DNA of 64,000 bases, taken from positions 64,741 through 128,740 of the forward strand of contig JBBTQS010000001.1 of NCBI GenBank assembly GCA_038065555.1, given 5' to 3'. The notes beneath the pieces were generated by a model. It worked only from the letters and a program-made list of their open reading frames with translations, was not told where the DNA came from and did no database searches. Shown one piece after another: positions 26,361 to 36,493 of this stretch (its first letter is position 1; the number at the start of each line of letters is the position of its first letter). The translations under genes and the position numbers were made by a program. The DNA comes from Patescibacteria group bacterium. GTDB lineage: Bacteria > Patescibacteriota > Patescibacteriia > Magasanikbacterales > JBBTQS01.

Positions 26361-26852
26361 ATGAACCGCACCACCTACCTCGCCGGCGGCTGCTTCTGGG
26401 GCCTCGAAGAGCTCATGCGAACACAAAAGGGTGTTATCGATACCACCGCAGGCTACACAGGTGGTGACAATGACAATCCGACCTACGAGAACCACCCCGG
26501 CCACGCCGAAGCACTCGAGATCGTCTACGACGACACACAGACAGATTTCTGGCATTTGCTCGATTTCTTTTTTCAGATTCACAACCCAACAACGCGCAAC
26601 CGACAAGGGAATGATGTTGGTACATCGTATCGCTCTGCGATTTTCTATCAGAACGACACGGAGCGCGAACAGGCGCAGCAATTCATCGAACTTGTCGACG
26701 CATCAGGACGGTGGCCGTCACCAGTGGTGACCACACTCGAGCCATTCACGAAATTCTACAGCGCCGAATCCCACCACCAAGACTATCTCCAGAAATACCC
26801 AGATGGCTACACCTGCCATCGCATCCACTTTGGTAGTTATCTGGCGAAGTGA
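26361..26852 (+). CDS. msrA: peptide methionine sulfoxide reductase MsrA
   Basis: GGCFWG active-site motif near the N-terminus. Confidence 0.9.
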   Translation: MNRTTYLAGGCFWGLEELMRTQKGVIDTTAGYTGGDNDNPTYENHPGHAEALEIVYDDTQTDFWHLLDFFFQIHNPTTRNRQGNDVGTSYRSAIFYQNDTEREQAQQFIELVDASGRWPSPVVTTLEPFTKFYSAESHHQDYLQKYPDGYTCHRIHFGSYLAK

Positions 26853-26878
26853 GGTACAATGGGACATATACCACCCTT

Positions 26879-27652
26879 ATGACCACGTACTTCCTTACGC
26901 TCGCGATCGTGCTGTTCGTGTACATGAACTTCTGGTTCGTACTCTCGCTCATCAAGAAGCGCAATGACGTAGCTGATGTTGCGTGGGGACTTGGGTTCGT
27001 GTTGCTCACGTGGGTCTCGTTCTTCATGGCGAACACGACGCAGTTGATGGCACTCCTTGTGGCAGCACTCGTCACAGTGTGGGGACTGCGTCTCGCCTGG
27101 CACATCCACGCGCGCAACAAGGGCAAAGCAGAAGATTATCGCTATCTCGAATGGCGCAAGGCGTGGGGTAAGTGGTTCTACCTGCGCTCCTACGCACAGG
27201 TGTACTTGTTGCAAGGGCTTTTCCTCTATCTCATTGTCACTCCAGTACTCGTGATCAATAGCGCGCAGCAAAATCTCGTGAGCGTGTTGAGCATCATCGG
27301 CATCGCGGTGTGGGCGATCGGATTTTTCTTTGAATCGGTCGGCGACCGACAGCTCGCGCAATTCATTCGCAATCCTGCCAACAAAGGCAAGCTCATGACC
27401 TCTGGTCTCTGGGCCTACACGCGCCACCCGAATTATTTCGGCGAGGTGACGCAGTGGTGGGGGATTTGGCTCGTGGCTCTCGCAGTCCCAACCTTTGGTC
27501 TCATCTCGATCATTGGCCCACTTACGATCACGGTGCTCATCCTCAAAGTCTCCGGTGTACCGATGCTCGAAAAGAAAATGGAACAGCACCCAGACTTCGC
27601 CGCGTACAAGCGACGCGTGAGCGTGTTCTTCCCGCTCCCACCTAAGTCCTAA
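26879..27652 (+). CDS. DUF1295/ICMT-like membrane protein (steroid 5-alpha-reductase-like methyltransferase family)
   Basis: multiple TM helices, C-terminal WAYTRHPNYFGE motif. Confidence 0.55.
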   Translation: MTTYFLTLAIVLFVYMNFWFVLSLIKKRNDVADVAWGLGFVLLTWVSFFMANTTQLMALLVAALVTVWGLRLAWHIHARNKGKAEDYRYLEWRKAWGKWFYLRSYAQVYLLQGLFLYLIVTPVLVINSAQQNLVSVLSIIGIAVWAIGFFFESVGDRQLAQFIRNPANKGKLMTSGLWAYTRHPNYFGEVTQWWGIWLVALAVPTFGLISIIGPLTITVLILKVSGVPMLEKKMEQHPDFAAYKRRVSVFFPLPPKS

Positions 27653-27661
27653 TCGTTCCAT

Positions 27662-28111
27662 ATGTCTTTAGACATTGTCGGACTTTTCCTGCTCTTCGCT
27701 GGCTATGTGATCGGACTTGGTGCGGTGACAGTGATCGACATCCACGGATTTCTCGGCAGGAAGTCTAGTTACTGGACCGAGGCTACAACGCGCACACACA
27801 AAGTAACCAAGCCCATGATCTGGGCGGGGATCGGGCTCGCAATCATCGGCGGAGCTATTTTCTTTCGTAACGAATCATTTGTTGGTGTGCCGTTTGCGCT
27901 GGTGTGTGTCGCAGCAGTGCTCATCCTCAACGGCATCTTCTTGTCACTGCGCGTGAGTCCGTATCTCTTGGCTCGTGAGCAAGCTGGCCGCGCTGGAGAA
28001 CTGTTGCCGATTTCCTGGCAGCGCAAGATCACAGTGAGTCTCATTTTCTCCGATGTCGGCTGGTGGGGATCGCTCGCGCTGCTTTCTTGCTATCTCGTAA
28101 CACGCGTATGA
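27662..28111 (+). CDS. hypothetical membrane protein
   Basis: four TM helices. Confidence 0.35.
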   Translation: MSLDIVGLFLLFAGYVIGLGAVTVIDIHGFLGRKSSYWTEATTRTHKVTKPMIWAGIGLAIIGGAIFFRNESFVGVPFALVCVAAVLILNGIFLSLRVSPYLLAREQAGRAGELLPISWQRKITVSLIFSDVGWWGSLALLSCYLVTRV

Positions 28112-28584
28112 ACAACACTACAAAATTAATCATTTCGATTGCTACATGTGAAGCGGTCGGAATTCTTGGTTCGATCTTCACTGCGTCATCAGTAGACACG
28201 TGGTACAGCACACTGGCAAGACCCGCATTTGCACCACCCAACTGGATCTTCGGACCAGTGTGGACAACACTTTTTGCGCTCATGGGCATCGCAGCATTTC
28301 TCGTGTGGCGTGAGGGAATGCATCGTCGTGCGGTTCGTGTTGCGTTAGGTGTTGGTGCAGTACATTTGCTGCTCAACTTCTTGTGGTCGCTGATATTCTT
28401 TGGTCTACGCAATCCCGGCCTCGCATTCATTGAGATTATTATCTTGTGGTTGGCAATTCTTGCAACCATGATTGCTTTTGCGCGCGTGTCTCGCGCAGCG
28501 GCGTGGCTCCTCGTGCCCTACATTGTGTGGGTGAGTTTCGCAGCATACCTCAACTATAGTATTTGGATTGCTAACATTGTATGA
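28108..28584 (+). CDS. tspO: TspO/MBR tryptophan-rich sensory protein
   Basis: WYSTLARPAFAPPNWIFGPVWTTLFALMG and a five-TM layout. Confidence 0.8.
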   Translation: MNNTTKLIISIATCEAVGILGSIFTASSVDTWYSTLARPAFAPPNWIFGPVWTTLFALMGIAAFLVWREGMHRRAVRVALGVGAVHLLLNFLWSLIFFGLRNPGLAFIEIIILWLAILATMIAFARVSRAAAWLLVPYIVWVSFAAYLNYSIWIANIV

Positions 28585-29105
28585 GTCGCCGCACAGCCGT
28601 GAAGGTAGTAGTGCGAGACACGATGCAGCGCGACTACACCTACGAACTCACCGAACCAGTTGGCAAGAATTTCGACCCAAGATTCCGTCCAGATCTCACA
28701 CCCAAGCAGATGCTCGAGCTCGGCGTCTTCGGTGGTGTGTACATGCGCGATTGCATCAAGGAATTTCCTGCAGACTGGTTCGCACAGGCGAAGTTCCAGC
28801 GCAAGGGGACGCGCATCGCTGATCCCAAACTCAATTTCTTTCGCGTGCGCGCATCGCAACCGTTGGATGTGTGGCGCAAGAAAGGATGGATTCATGAGCA
28901 AGATCCTCGCGGGTGGTTCCAGTGGTATTGCCGCTATTACATGGGACGACGCAGTGCAGATGACGAGCGCCAAATCAAACGCTGGATCGCCATGCGACGA
29001 CACATTTCACAAATTCTCAATAGCTGTAGACCAGGGGATCATGATTGCCACCGTAAGCAACGCCAAGCAGTATTGCACTGGGCGTATGACAGTAGACGCA
29101 TGTGA
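28581..29105 (+). CDS. conserved hypothetical protein (Trp/Arg-rich; KGWIHEQDPRGWFQWYCRYYMGRR...DDERQIKRW)
   Basis: 4-nt overlap with tspO; family not confidently recognised. Confidence 0.4.
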   Translation: MSRRTAVKVVVRDTMQRDYTYELTEPVGKNFDPRFRPDLTPKQMLELGVFGGVYMRDCIKEFPADWFAQAKFQRKGTRIADPKLNFFRVRASQPLDVWRKKGWIHEQDPRGWFQWYCRYYMGRRSADDERQIKRWIAMRRHISQILNSCRPGDHDCHRKQRQAVLHWAYDSRRM

Positions 29106-29112
29106 ACGCGTA

Positions 29113-29442
29113 TTACGCGCTGACAGTAGGAAGTCCAGCTGCTGCCCACGCGGCAATTCCGCCTTCAACATTGCAGAAGACCGTTGCACCTTCGTGCAGT
29201 GACGCAAGTAATGTTGCGGCATGGCGACTACGCACACCAGATCGACAGTGGATATACACTGTCTTTTTGTTTGCGAGCTCGGCGCGTCGCGTCAGGAGCT
29301 GATCCAGTGGAATATTCGTGACGCCTTCAATATGTTCCTCACGATACTCATCCGGAGTACGTACATCAATGAAGGCAACAGATGGATCATGTGGTGCCTG
29401 TTGCAGTGCTGCATGAAATTCGCTCATTGAGATGGTTTGCAT
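29113..29442 (-). CDS. rhodanese-domain sulfurtransferase
   Basis: IDVRTPDEYREEHIEGVTNIP and active-site loop IHCRSGVRS. Confidence 0.75.
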   Translation of the reverse strand: MQTISMSEFHAALQQAPHDPSVAFIDVRTPDEYREEHIEGVTNIPLDQLLTRRAELANKKTVYIHCRSGVRSRHAATLLASLHEGATVFCNVEGGIAAWAAAGLPTVSA

Positions 29443-29599
29443 GGGATTGGTGAGTAGATGTGTGTATCCGCAGTATACGGGTTGATCCAAATAGTTCAAC
29501 AACACCCGTTGACGCCTAGTCACCAGAGTGCTACAACATTCCAACGCAGCCACACACCGGCCTGCGGCAACCCAACGCTCTTCACTTGCAGGAGGCAGC

Positions 29600-30262
29600 A
29601 TGACCCAACCACTTGGTTCTGATTGTTCACGTCGTGGCAACAGACAGATCGTTCCGTTCAACTACCAAATCACCATCAGCGGTGCAAGCGGTGTCGGTAC
29701 TACAACAACGCTCAAGAAGCTGCAAGCGATCTACGGAATGGGCTGGCGCTACGTGAGCGCTGGCAGCATGATGCGCGAGTTCGCCGCCAGAGACGGGATG
29801 ACGATCGAAGCATTCGTAGAGGCATGTCGTGATGGCACGCTCGATGGAGAGCATTACGATGTAGTCCTCCACAACAGAATGCGCGAGTTCGCGCGACAGA
29901 ACAACACTGTACTCGAAGGCCGCCTCGCACATCTGTACGCGCCACTCGCGTTCCACGTACTGATCACCTGTCCGTTGGACGTACGTGCAGCGCGCCGCCA
30001 GCGAGATACCGAGCACGTGTCATTGATGGAAATGATGCGTCGGATCATGGACCGTGATGCAGCCGACGAGGTGCGCCTCAACAGCATGTACCCAGGCTGG
30101 CAATGGCCGGAAGAATCGTTCGACTTCGTCTTCGACACATCGGTGCCCATGATCCACGATTCTGTTGGAGCAGCCATCGTCGATGCGCACAGTGCGTGGA
30201 TGCACAGTAGGTCGAGCACTACCAATGATGTGATGGTCGACGCGTTGCCCCTGTGGCAATGA
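29600..30262 (+). CDS. cytidylate-kinase-like P-loop protein with lysine-less Walker A
   Basis: ITISGASGVGTTTT in place of GxxxxGK[ST]; GGAGG RBS. Confidence 0.4.
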   Translation: MTQPLGSDCSRRGNRQIVPFNYQITISGASGVGTTTTLKKLQAIYGMGWRYVSAGSMMREFAARDGMTIEAFVEACRDGTLDGEHYDVVLHNRMREFARQNNTVLEGRLAHLYAPLAFHVLITCPLDVRAARRQRDTEHVSLMEMMRRIMDRDAADEVRLNSMYPGWQWPEESFDFVFDTSVPMIHDSVGAAIVDAHSAWMHSRSSTTNDVMVDALPLWQ

Positions 30263-30395
30263 TCGACCTGACCGTCCCCGCGTACGCCGGAAGCGTACCT
30301 ACAACCAACCCCGCTACGAAATGGATCGTAGCGGGGTTGTCGTTTGCTTTTCTCCAGAGCTCCGTGCAAGATGAAGGCAAAGAATAATCAACACT

Positions 30396-30821
30396 ATGCA
30401 ATCCGTTACTATCAGTACAACCATCAACGCGCCAATCGCTGCTGTCTGGACGCGCTGGACACAGCCAGAGCATATAACTCAGTGGACATTTGCGTCTGAC
30501 GATTGGGAATCACCAACTGCCTCAAATGACCTGCGTGTGGGTGGCGCATTCACGACGCGTATGCAGGCAAAGGATGGCAGCTTCGGTTTTGATTTCGGCG
30601 GTACGTACACCGCAGTAGAGGAGCCGACGCATATCGCGTACGACATGGCCGACGGCCGTCATGTTGATGTGCGCTTCGAGTTGGTAGATGGCGGCGTGCG
30701 AGTTACCGAGACCTTCGACCTTGAAACTGAGAACTCCGCAGACATGCAGCGTGCAGGTTGGCAGGCGATTCTGGAGAATTTCAAGAAGTACGTGGAAGCT
30801 GGAAGAAAAAGTGCGGTTTAA
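30396..30821 (+). CDS. SRPBCC/AHSA1-domain protein
   Basis: INAPIAAVWTRWTQPEHITQW... Aha1/BPI-like domain. Confidence 0.65.
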   Translation: MQSVTISTTINAPIAAVWTRWTQPEHITQWTFASDDWESPTASNDLRVGGAFTTRMQAKDGSFGFDFGGTYTAVEEPTHIAYDMADGRHVDVRFELVDGGVRVTETFDLETENSADMQRAGWQAILENFKKYVEAGRKSAV

Positions 30822-30929
30822 TCGTAAAAAAATGTCACCCCCGCACGCGAATGCATGCGGGGGTGGAGGTCGGGGGTGCGCGTAACGCGCGTGGGACGGT
30901 GTTGGAGCGCTGCGTATCGCAGTGCTACA

Positions 30930-31634
30930 TCACGCGTGCCGGAAGTCGAGGCGAAGATCTGGGCGTGTCTTGATGAACGCACGGACCTTCGCGGAGATTT
31001 CGCCGTTGCTGAGCGTCGTGTCGCGCGCGCTGCGATGCGGCGACGTTGCGCCGTAGTGCTTGCGTCGCGGCGGGCGCTCGAGCTGCTCGGTGCCGGGGAT
31101 GATGATCTCCCGGTGTTTGAGCCTGCGGCGGAACTCGTCGTGGAGCGTGCTGACGGTCGTGGCGCGCCAGTAGGTGCCGTACCGGCTCTGGTAGCGGTCA
31201 CCGTCGGTGAGATGGCGCATCACGAACTGGTAGAACCGCCGGTAGTACTCCATCGCGGGGTACTGCGGATCGTACTTCGAGTGGTGCTTGCCGAGCTGGT
31301 GGTGCACCATCGAGGTCGGCGTCATCGTCAGCACGCCGCCGACGAAGCACGTCGTTTGCTTGCAGTGGATGAAGCCCTTGCGCGGCTGGTGCCGCACACG
31401 GAAGTTCGGAACGAACCCTCCAGCCACCTCGTCATATCTGAGGATGCGGCGGCACACGGCGTTGCCACCACTGCGCGGGATGAACTGGAAGTCGAGCTCG
31501 AGATGCTGGCCGACGAAGACCAGTGCCTCCTTTTGCGCTCCGACACTCACCACGGCGCCGCACGTGAGCGTACCAGATTCCAGCAGCTGGCGGCCGGCCT
31601 CGCTGCGGAGCGTTTCGCGGATTTCGCGATGCAT
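30930..31634 (-). CDS. hypothetical protein
   Basis: AAGAGG RBS before ATG 31634; basic, His/Arg-rich; family unknown. Confidence 0.4.
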   Translation of the reverse strand: MHREIRETLRSEAGRQLLESGTLTCGAVVSVGAQKEALVFVGQHLELDFQFIPRSGGNAVCRRILRYDEVAGGFVPNFRVRHQPRKGFIHCKQTTCFVGGVLTMTPTSMVHHQLGKHHSKYDPQYPAMEYYRRFYQFVMRHLTDGDRYQSRYGTYWRATTVSTLHDEFRRRLKHREIIIPGTEQLERPPRRKHYGATSPHRSARDTTLSNGEISAKVRAFIKTRPDLRLDFRHA

Positions 31635-31837
31635 CGTTACCTCTTTTTTCCCTCGCATACGCACCTGCGACATTGCAGGCTAGTAGGGAGAGACATGCAG
31701 AGTACTCCGAAGGCTATTTATTGTCAAGCTCATGTCTTGACCCGATACCTTCAGTTGACACACCACCGCACGCGCGGTAGAGTGATTCGTCTCGATCTTT
31801 ACAGCACCGCACCGACAGTGCGGGAAGGAGAGTGCGC

Positions 31838-32740
31838 ATGCGATATGGCATCATGAGTCTGTTCGTGGCAGTGGCTTCGTGCGGTTCGGACGAGAACGCG
31901 GTGGGACAGCCTTCGGACGTGGAGGAATCGTCGCGGGACAGCAACGCGTCTGTTGTGGACGTGTTCGACGATGGCGATGGGAACAACACGATCGTCGTGA
32001 CGCATGTCATTTCGCCGTGTGTGCTGCTCGACCCGGTGGATCTGTCTTTCGGAAGAGTGGCGTTTCATGACATCAAGATGTTGTGGTACACGGTGCAGAA
32101 CACCTGTGCGTACGACCTCAACATCGTCTTCGGTGATGTCGTGGACAAAGACAGCGACGAGGGTAGCGCAGACTTCCAGTTCGAGACCTCGACGAGTGAA
32201 CTCGTGCCGCCGGGAAACAGTGCGTTCATCGGCGTTCGATTTCAACCAGAACCCAACGAGCACGGCAACACCACGTCGCGATACGCGCGTGCGCAGTTCA
32301 GCATCGCTGAACAGAAGGAGCCTGAGAAGTTTCACTCGTGGGCGTATGGCAACGTGACGATTGCGCTGCAGGGTGTTGCATACAAGCCGGACCCGCCGGT
32401 CGCCGTGATCTACGCGTACCGAGATGCGGATTTCACGGATGAGATCAGCAGTGGCGACTCGGTTGTCATCAACACGACGATCTACTTCGACGGCCAACGT
32501 AGCTATTCGCCCGAAAAGCAAAATGGCACGTTCCACGGCATCAAGTGGTACAACTGGGAGCTAACAGCTCCAGCGAACCCTGCTGGGGTTGCTGCGCATC
32601 TCTTGCCCACGGACAAGGACCCGACTCCGCAACTGACACCAGATCGTTGCGGAACCTATGGTATCTCACTCGTGGTCGGGGATTGGCTCTGGTTCAATGA
32701 GCTGCCTGCAACGTTCGAGTTCCTCGTTCCGTGTGAATGA
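31838..32740 (+). CDS. putative lipoprotein
   Basis: signal peptide with lipobox MSLFVAVASC; GGAAGGAG RBS. Confidence 0.5.
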   Translation: MRYGIMSLFVAVASCGSDENAVGQPSDVEESSRDSNASVVDVFDDGDGNNTIVVTHVISPCVLLDPVDLSFGRVAFHDIKMLWYTVQNTCAYDLNIVFGDVVDKDSDEGSADFQFETSTSELVPPGNSAFIGVRFQPEPNEHGNTTSRYARAQFSIAEQKEPEKFHSWAYGNVTIALQGVAYKPDPPVAVIYAYRDADFTDEISSGDSVVINTTIYFDGQRSYSPEKQNGTFHGIKWYNWELTAPANPAGVAAHLLPTDKDPTPQLTPDRCGTYGISLVVGDWLWFNELPATFEFLVPCE

Positions 32741-32848
32741 CGGATCAACCAAACCCACCCACCCTTTGTCTAGTCTTGACAAAGGGGTGAAAATGTGGTA
32801 TTGTCCTGCGTCGACCTATAACGCCCACAAGGCATTGAGGAGGAGTCG

Positions 32849-33271
32849 ATGACATCGCGCATGATGGATCAGATAGAAGGAGTGGAAGAAGAGATTCGCG
32901 GACTCGTTCGCACTGCACGATCAGTGCGGATTGCAGAGGAGCGAATCAAGACTACGTTCTCCAACGCTCTCGTGTGGGTGCAGGCATGGGGCGAGCACAC
33001 GTTCGCTGTGCTCATCAAGACAGAGTCAGCGGTCAACAATGTGCAGGTCATCTGCCCACGCGAACGTGCCACAACGATTCGCGATTACCGTCGCGCATAC
33101 AGCATCGGACACCGACGACGTCGGTCGCGCTCGTTCTGGAAGCGCGATCACACATCGCCGCTTCCGCGCGACACGCAGTTCATCCGCGTCGTCGACTGCG
33201 AAGTCGTAGACGAGCACGATGGGCACCTGCGTTACACGGGACAGACGCGCGAGCGGTTCGATCTCGTTTGA
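32849..33271 (+). CDS. hypothetical protein
   Basis: strong GAGGAG RBS; no family recognised. Confidence 0.4.
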   Translation: MTSRMMDQIEGVEEEIRGLVRTARSVRIAEERIKTTFSNALVWVQAWGEHTFAVLIKTESAVNNVQVICPRERATTIRDYRRAYSIGHRRRRSRSFWKRDHTSPLPRDTQFIRVVDCEVVDEHDGHLRYTGQTRERFDLV

Positions 33272-33357
33272 TCGAGCGTCCATGTCCACGTTGCCGCCCA
33301 CAGAAGTCGAACACTTCGTGTGGGCGGCTTTTGTTTTGCTGCGCAGTCTTGCAACTT

Positions 33358-33366
33358 TGGTATACT
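33358..33366 (+). promoter_or_regulatory. extended -10 box TGGTATACT, 7 nt before the ATG of the DUF1905 gene (leaderless)
   Basis: recurring 9-mer. Confidence 0.4.
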
Positions 33367-33373
33367 ACGCATC

Positions 33374-33661
33374 ATGCACTACACCTTTCGTACACAACTC
33401 TGGCGCTACAAAGGCAAGGCGGCCTGGTATTTCTTGTCCATACCCGAGCATGAGGCTGCAACGATCAAACAAAATCATGCACGTATCCGACGCGGATGGG
33501 GATCGATCCCAGTTGTTGTGACCATTGGAAAGACAACGTGGAAGACGTCGATATTTCCTGATAGTAAATCTGGGACGTATTTGTTGCCGATCAAAGCAGC
33601 GATTCGCAAGAAGGAACATCTGGACGAGGATGCGCTTGTTCCGTATACTCTTTTCATATGA
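33374..33661 (+). CDS. DUF1905 domain protein
   Basis: WYFLSIPEHEA...GWGSIPVVVTIGKTTWKTSIFP...YLLPIK. Confidence 0.55.
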   Translation: MHYTFRTQLWRYKGKAAWYFLSIPEHEAATIKQNHARIRRGWGSIPVVVTIGKTTWKTSIFPDSKSGTYLLPIKAAIRKKEHLDEDALVPYTLFI

Positions 33662-34008
33662 AATACACAGGTGGATGCCATTGCAAAAAAGTGCGATTTG
33701 AGGTGGAGATCGATGATCTCAATGGAGCGATCGCGTGTAACTGTTCGATGTGCTCCAAGCGCGGGACACTCTTGAAATTTGTTCCAGAAGCGCAATTCAC
33801 GCTACTTGCAGGCGAAGACGCGCTTACGGATTATCAGTTCAACAAGCACATCATCCACCACACCTTTTGCTCGACGTGCGGCATTCTGTCCTTTGCCACA
33901 GGCGCTGGCCCAGACGGCGCACAGATGCGTGCGATCAATGTTCGCTGTCTGGATGACGTGGATGTGGACGAACTCACCACCGTGGATTTCGACGGCAAAA
34001 ATCTCTAA
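33658..34008 (+). CDS. GFA (CENP-V/glutathione-dependent formaldehyde-activating) family protein
   Basis: GGCHCKKVRFEV...CNCSMCSK...CSTCG zinc-cysteine pattern. Confidence 0.75.
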   Translation: MKYTGGCHCKKVRFEVEIDDLNGAIACNCSMCSKRGTLLKFVPEAQFTLLAGEDALTDYQFNKHIIHHTFCSTCGILSFATGAGPDGAQMRAINVRCLDDVDVDELTTVDFDGKNL

Positions 34009-34027
34009 ATAATTCTTTCTTATATAT

Positions 34028-34408
34028 ATGCGCAATCGCAAAGTGGTGCTGGTCGTTCGAGTGCTCTTCGGTCTTTTCATGCTCTTCAGTGGCGTGTCTG
34101 GATTCATGGCGTCTGTTGATGAGATGCAGGGCGTGCCTCAGGAGATGATCACAGCCACCAAGAATCTCCAGGATTCTGGACTCTTCCACATGATCAAGAT
34201 CACAGAGATTGTGGCAGGTCTCATGCTCATCGTTGGCTTCTTGCCAGCACTCGCATTGCTTTTCATTGCACCAATTGCAGTGGGTATTGTGGTGTTCAAC
34301 GCATTCATCGCACCAATGTATGTGATCAGCGGCATCATTGTCTGCGCATTCACCGCATTTCTCGGTTACGCATACTGGGACAAGTACCGCGCGATCTTCG
34401 CACGATAG
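34028..34408 (+). CDS. DoxX-family membrane protein (copy 1)
   Basis: four-TM DoxX-like layout. Confidence 0.55.
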   Translation: MRNRKVVLVVRVLFGLFMLFSGVSGFMASVDEMQGVPQEMITATKNLQDSGLFHMIKITEIVAGLMLIVGFLPALALLFIAPIAVGIVVFNAFIAPMYVISGIIVCAFTAFLGYAYWDKYRAIFAR

Positions 34409-34507
34409 GCTTGCCGAAAAATCAAAAAGCAAAGACGCCGGGCAGTAGCTCGGCGTCTTCTTGTTTGGCACGATTCGGCGGCAAGCGTCGACATGTGCCG
34501 GGTGTTG

Positions 34508-35089
34508 TCAGATCTGCAGGACGGCGACGCCGTCGTCGCCGCGCTCAGTGTTCCCTCGCTGAATCATGATGAAGAACTGCTTGAGTACCTCAGCACCGGC
34601 CTCGCCTAGCTGCGAGAAATCCGTGATCTGTGAGGTGTCGACCTCGAGACCATCAACGCCTCGTGTCAGAACCAGTGCACAGAGGATCTCACGATCAGTG
34701 GGTTCTTCCGGGAGGTAGAACCCTTCTGCTTGGTTGAGTGTCTCGATGCAGAACTCTCGCAGTGCATCAAGCGCGGAGTTGAGGTCGTTGTCCACGATGT
34801 AGTCGTCCTCGTCGAAATGGTTCGCGAAGAGCAGCATGGCTTTGACTTGCCTGGTTGTGACAGGTCCCTCAGTTGGGAGCTTCATGGGCGACCAATTTAG
34901 CTCATCGATTGTATCTTCATCGAATTCACCCGTTGGGTGGATGTGCTTGTTCAGCTGCCACGATGTCAAGGCCTTACGACTCATTTCACCCCATACCCCG
35001 TCACCGATGAGGTGCTCGTTGTCAATGTTGGGGCAGAGGATGAGGAACGCCTGGATATCGCGGATCGTATTGCGGTCGAACGTGTGCAT
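34508..35089 (-). CDS. hypothetical protein with peptidoglycan-binding-like LIGDGxWGxxSRxAL motif (paralog 1)
   Basis: paralogous to 37951-38391. Confidence 0.4.
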   Translation of the reverse strand: MHTFDRNTIRDIQAFLILCPNIDNEHLIGDGVWGEMSRKALTSWQLNKHIHPTGEFDEDTIDELNWSPMKLPTEGPVTTRQVKAMLLFANHFDEDDYIVDNDLNSALDALREFCIETLNQAEGFYLPEEPTDREILCALVLTRGVDGLEVDTSQITDFSQLGEAGAEVLKQFFIMIQRGNTERGDDGVAVLQI

Positions 35090-35262
35090 TCGCTGACTCC
35101 TGTGTGTGAACACTTGGTAATGGACAAGTGGTAGAAGACCACATCAGTTTGTAGCAGATTTTTGTCGAGCTGTCAACATCAATCACAAAAAAGAAGAAGA
35201 CGTCTGGTTGTTGCCGGACGTCTTCTTGGGTGCTGCGCGTGTCTGCGGCACAGCGGTTCTCC

Positions 35263-36213
35263 TCAGTCGATGTTGATGCTCGTGTGCTTGAGAAAGGACC
35301 TGTGGCGTTCCTCGATTTGCCGGAGAGTCACGTGCATCGTTCGCTCGATGCCGAACCCCTCGACACAAAACGATGCCATGATGCTGCCGATGTGCATGGC
35401 ACGCCGAAGCGTACCAGGGCTCATCTGCTCAGCATTTCGAGCGAGGTAGCCCAGGAATCCACCAGCGAACGAATCGCCGGCACCGGTGGGATCGATCACA
35501 TTCTCCAGCGGGTACGCAGCCGTGAAGAAGTGATCGATCTCCTTCTCCATCCTCGAAAAGAGGTGGGCGCCGTGCTCAGCATCTTTGACCACCACGAGTT
35601 TGGGGCCGTATTGGATCAGCGCAGGACCGATCTCCACGATTCGTCGTTTGCCGGTGATCGCCCTGCCCTCCTCCTTGCTCACGAAGAGCACCTGCACCTT
35701 GCTGATCACGTTGAGCACGTCATCGCGACGGGCTCCGTTGATCCAGTGGTCCATGGTGTCCATCGCCACAAGAACTGGGTCGCGCATCTGCTGCAGGACG
35801 TCGAGCTGGAGCGTCGGGTCGATGTTCCCGAGGAACACGATGCTCGAGCGCTCCCATCCATCAGGGAGAACAGGCCTGAACTTCTCGAACACATTGAGAT
35901 TGGTTTCGAGCGACTTCCTGGAGTCGAGATTCTCAGCGTAGCGGCCGCTCCAGTGGAAGGTCATGCCGCTCTTGTCTTGCTCGAGTCCAGTGACGTCGAT
36001 GTTGTGGCTGGTCAGCGTGTGGAGATCATTCGCTGTGAAGTCTTTGCCGACCACTGCGACCAGTCTCGTTCGTGCCATGGGCGATGCTGCCATCGCGAAG
36101 TGCGTGGCTGATCCTCCGAGAAGTCGCTTTCGCCGCTGGCCGTCTGGCATTTCGATGTCATCGAATGCGACAGAGCCAACGACGAGCAGCGACTGCGGTT
36201 CACCTTGCTTCAT
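35263..36213 (-). CDS. PfkB-family carbohydrate kinase
   Basis: N-terminal GG dipeptide region and C-terminal DPTGAGDSFAGGF ATP-binding motif. Confidence 0.8.
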   Translation of the reverse strand: MKQGEPQSLLVVGSVAFDDIEMPDGQRRKRLLGGSATHFAMAASPMARTRLVAVVGKDFTANDLHTLTSHNIDVTGLEQDKSGMTFHWSGRYAENLDSRKSLETNLNVFEKFRPVLPDGWERSSIVFLGNIDPTLQLDVLQQMRDPVLVAMDTMDHWINGARRDDVLNVISKVQVLFVSKEEGRAITGKRRIVEIGPALIQYGPKLVVVKDAEHGAHLFSRMEKEIDHFFTAAYPLENVIDPTGAGDSFAGGFLGYLARNAEQMSPGTLRRAMHIGSIMASFCVEGFGIERTMHVTLRQIEERHRSFLKHTSINID

Positions 36214-36493
36214 GGGGACTCTCCTGTACGTCAGTTGTGAATGCTAGGTACTGTCCTAGACGGATCCTGTTGTACCATGGGTATTCTTGTTCGTCAACGC
36301 AGTCGCGCGCTCAGTTGACGCTACAAAATCCGCACGGTACGATGGGCATATATGATCGCAAAACCATTTGCACGCACGATGGGTGCTTGGTGGCCTTCCG
36401 CTGAATAGGCGGAAGTGTGGTTGCCGATCTCACAAGAGATAGACGACAGCGCATCCGCCGATTCGGCGGATGTTTTCGTTATGGAGGATGTCC

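Noticed and set aside
33349-33354. TTGCAA as a -35 for the DUF1905 promoter
   Set aside because: Spacer to the TATACT -10 is only 6 nt. The extended TG motif makes a -35 unnecessary.
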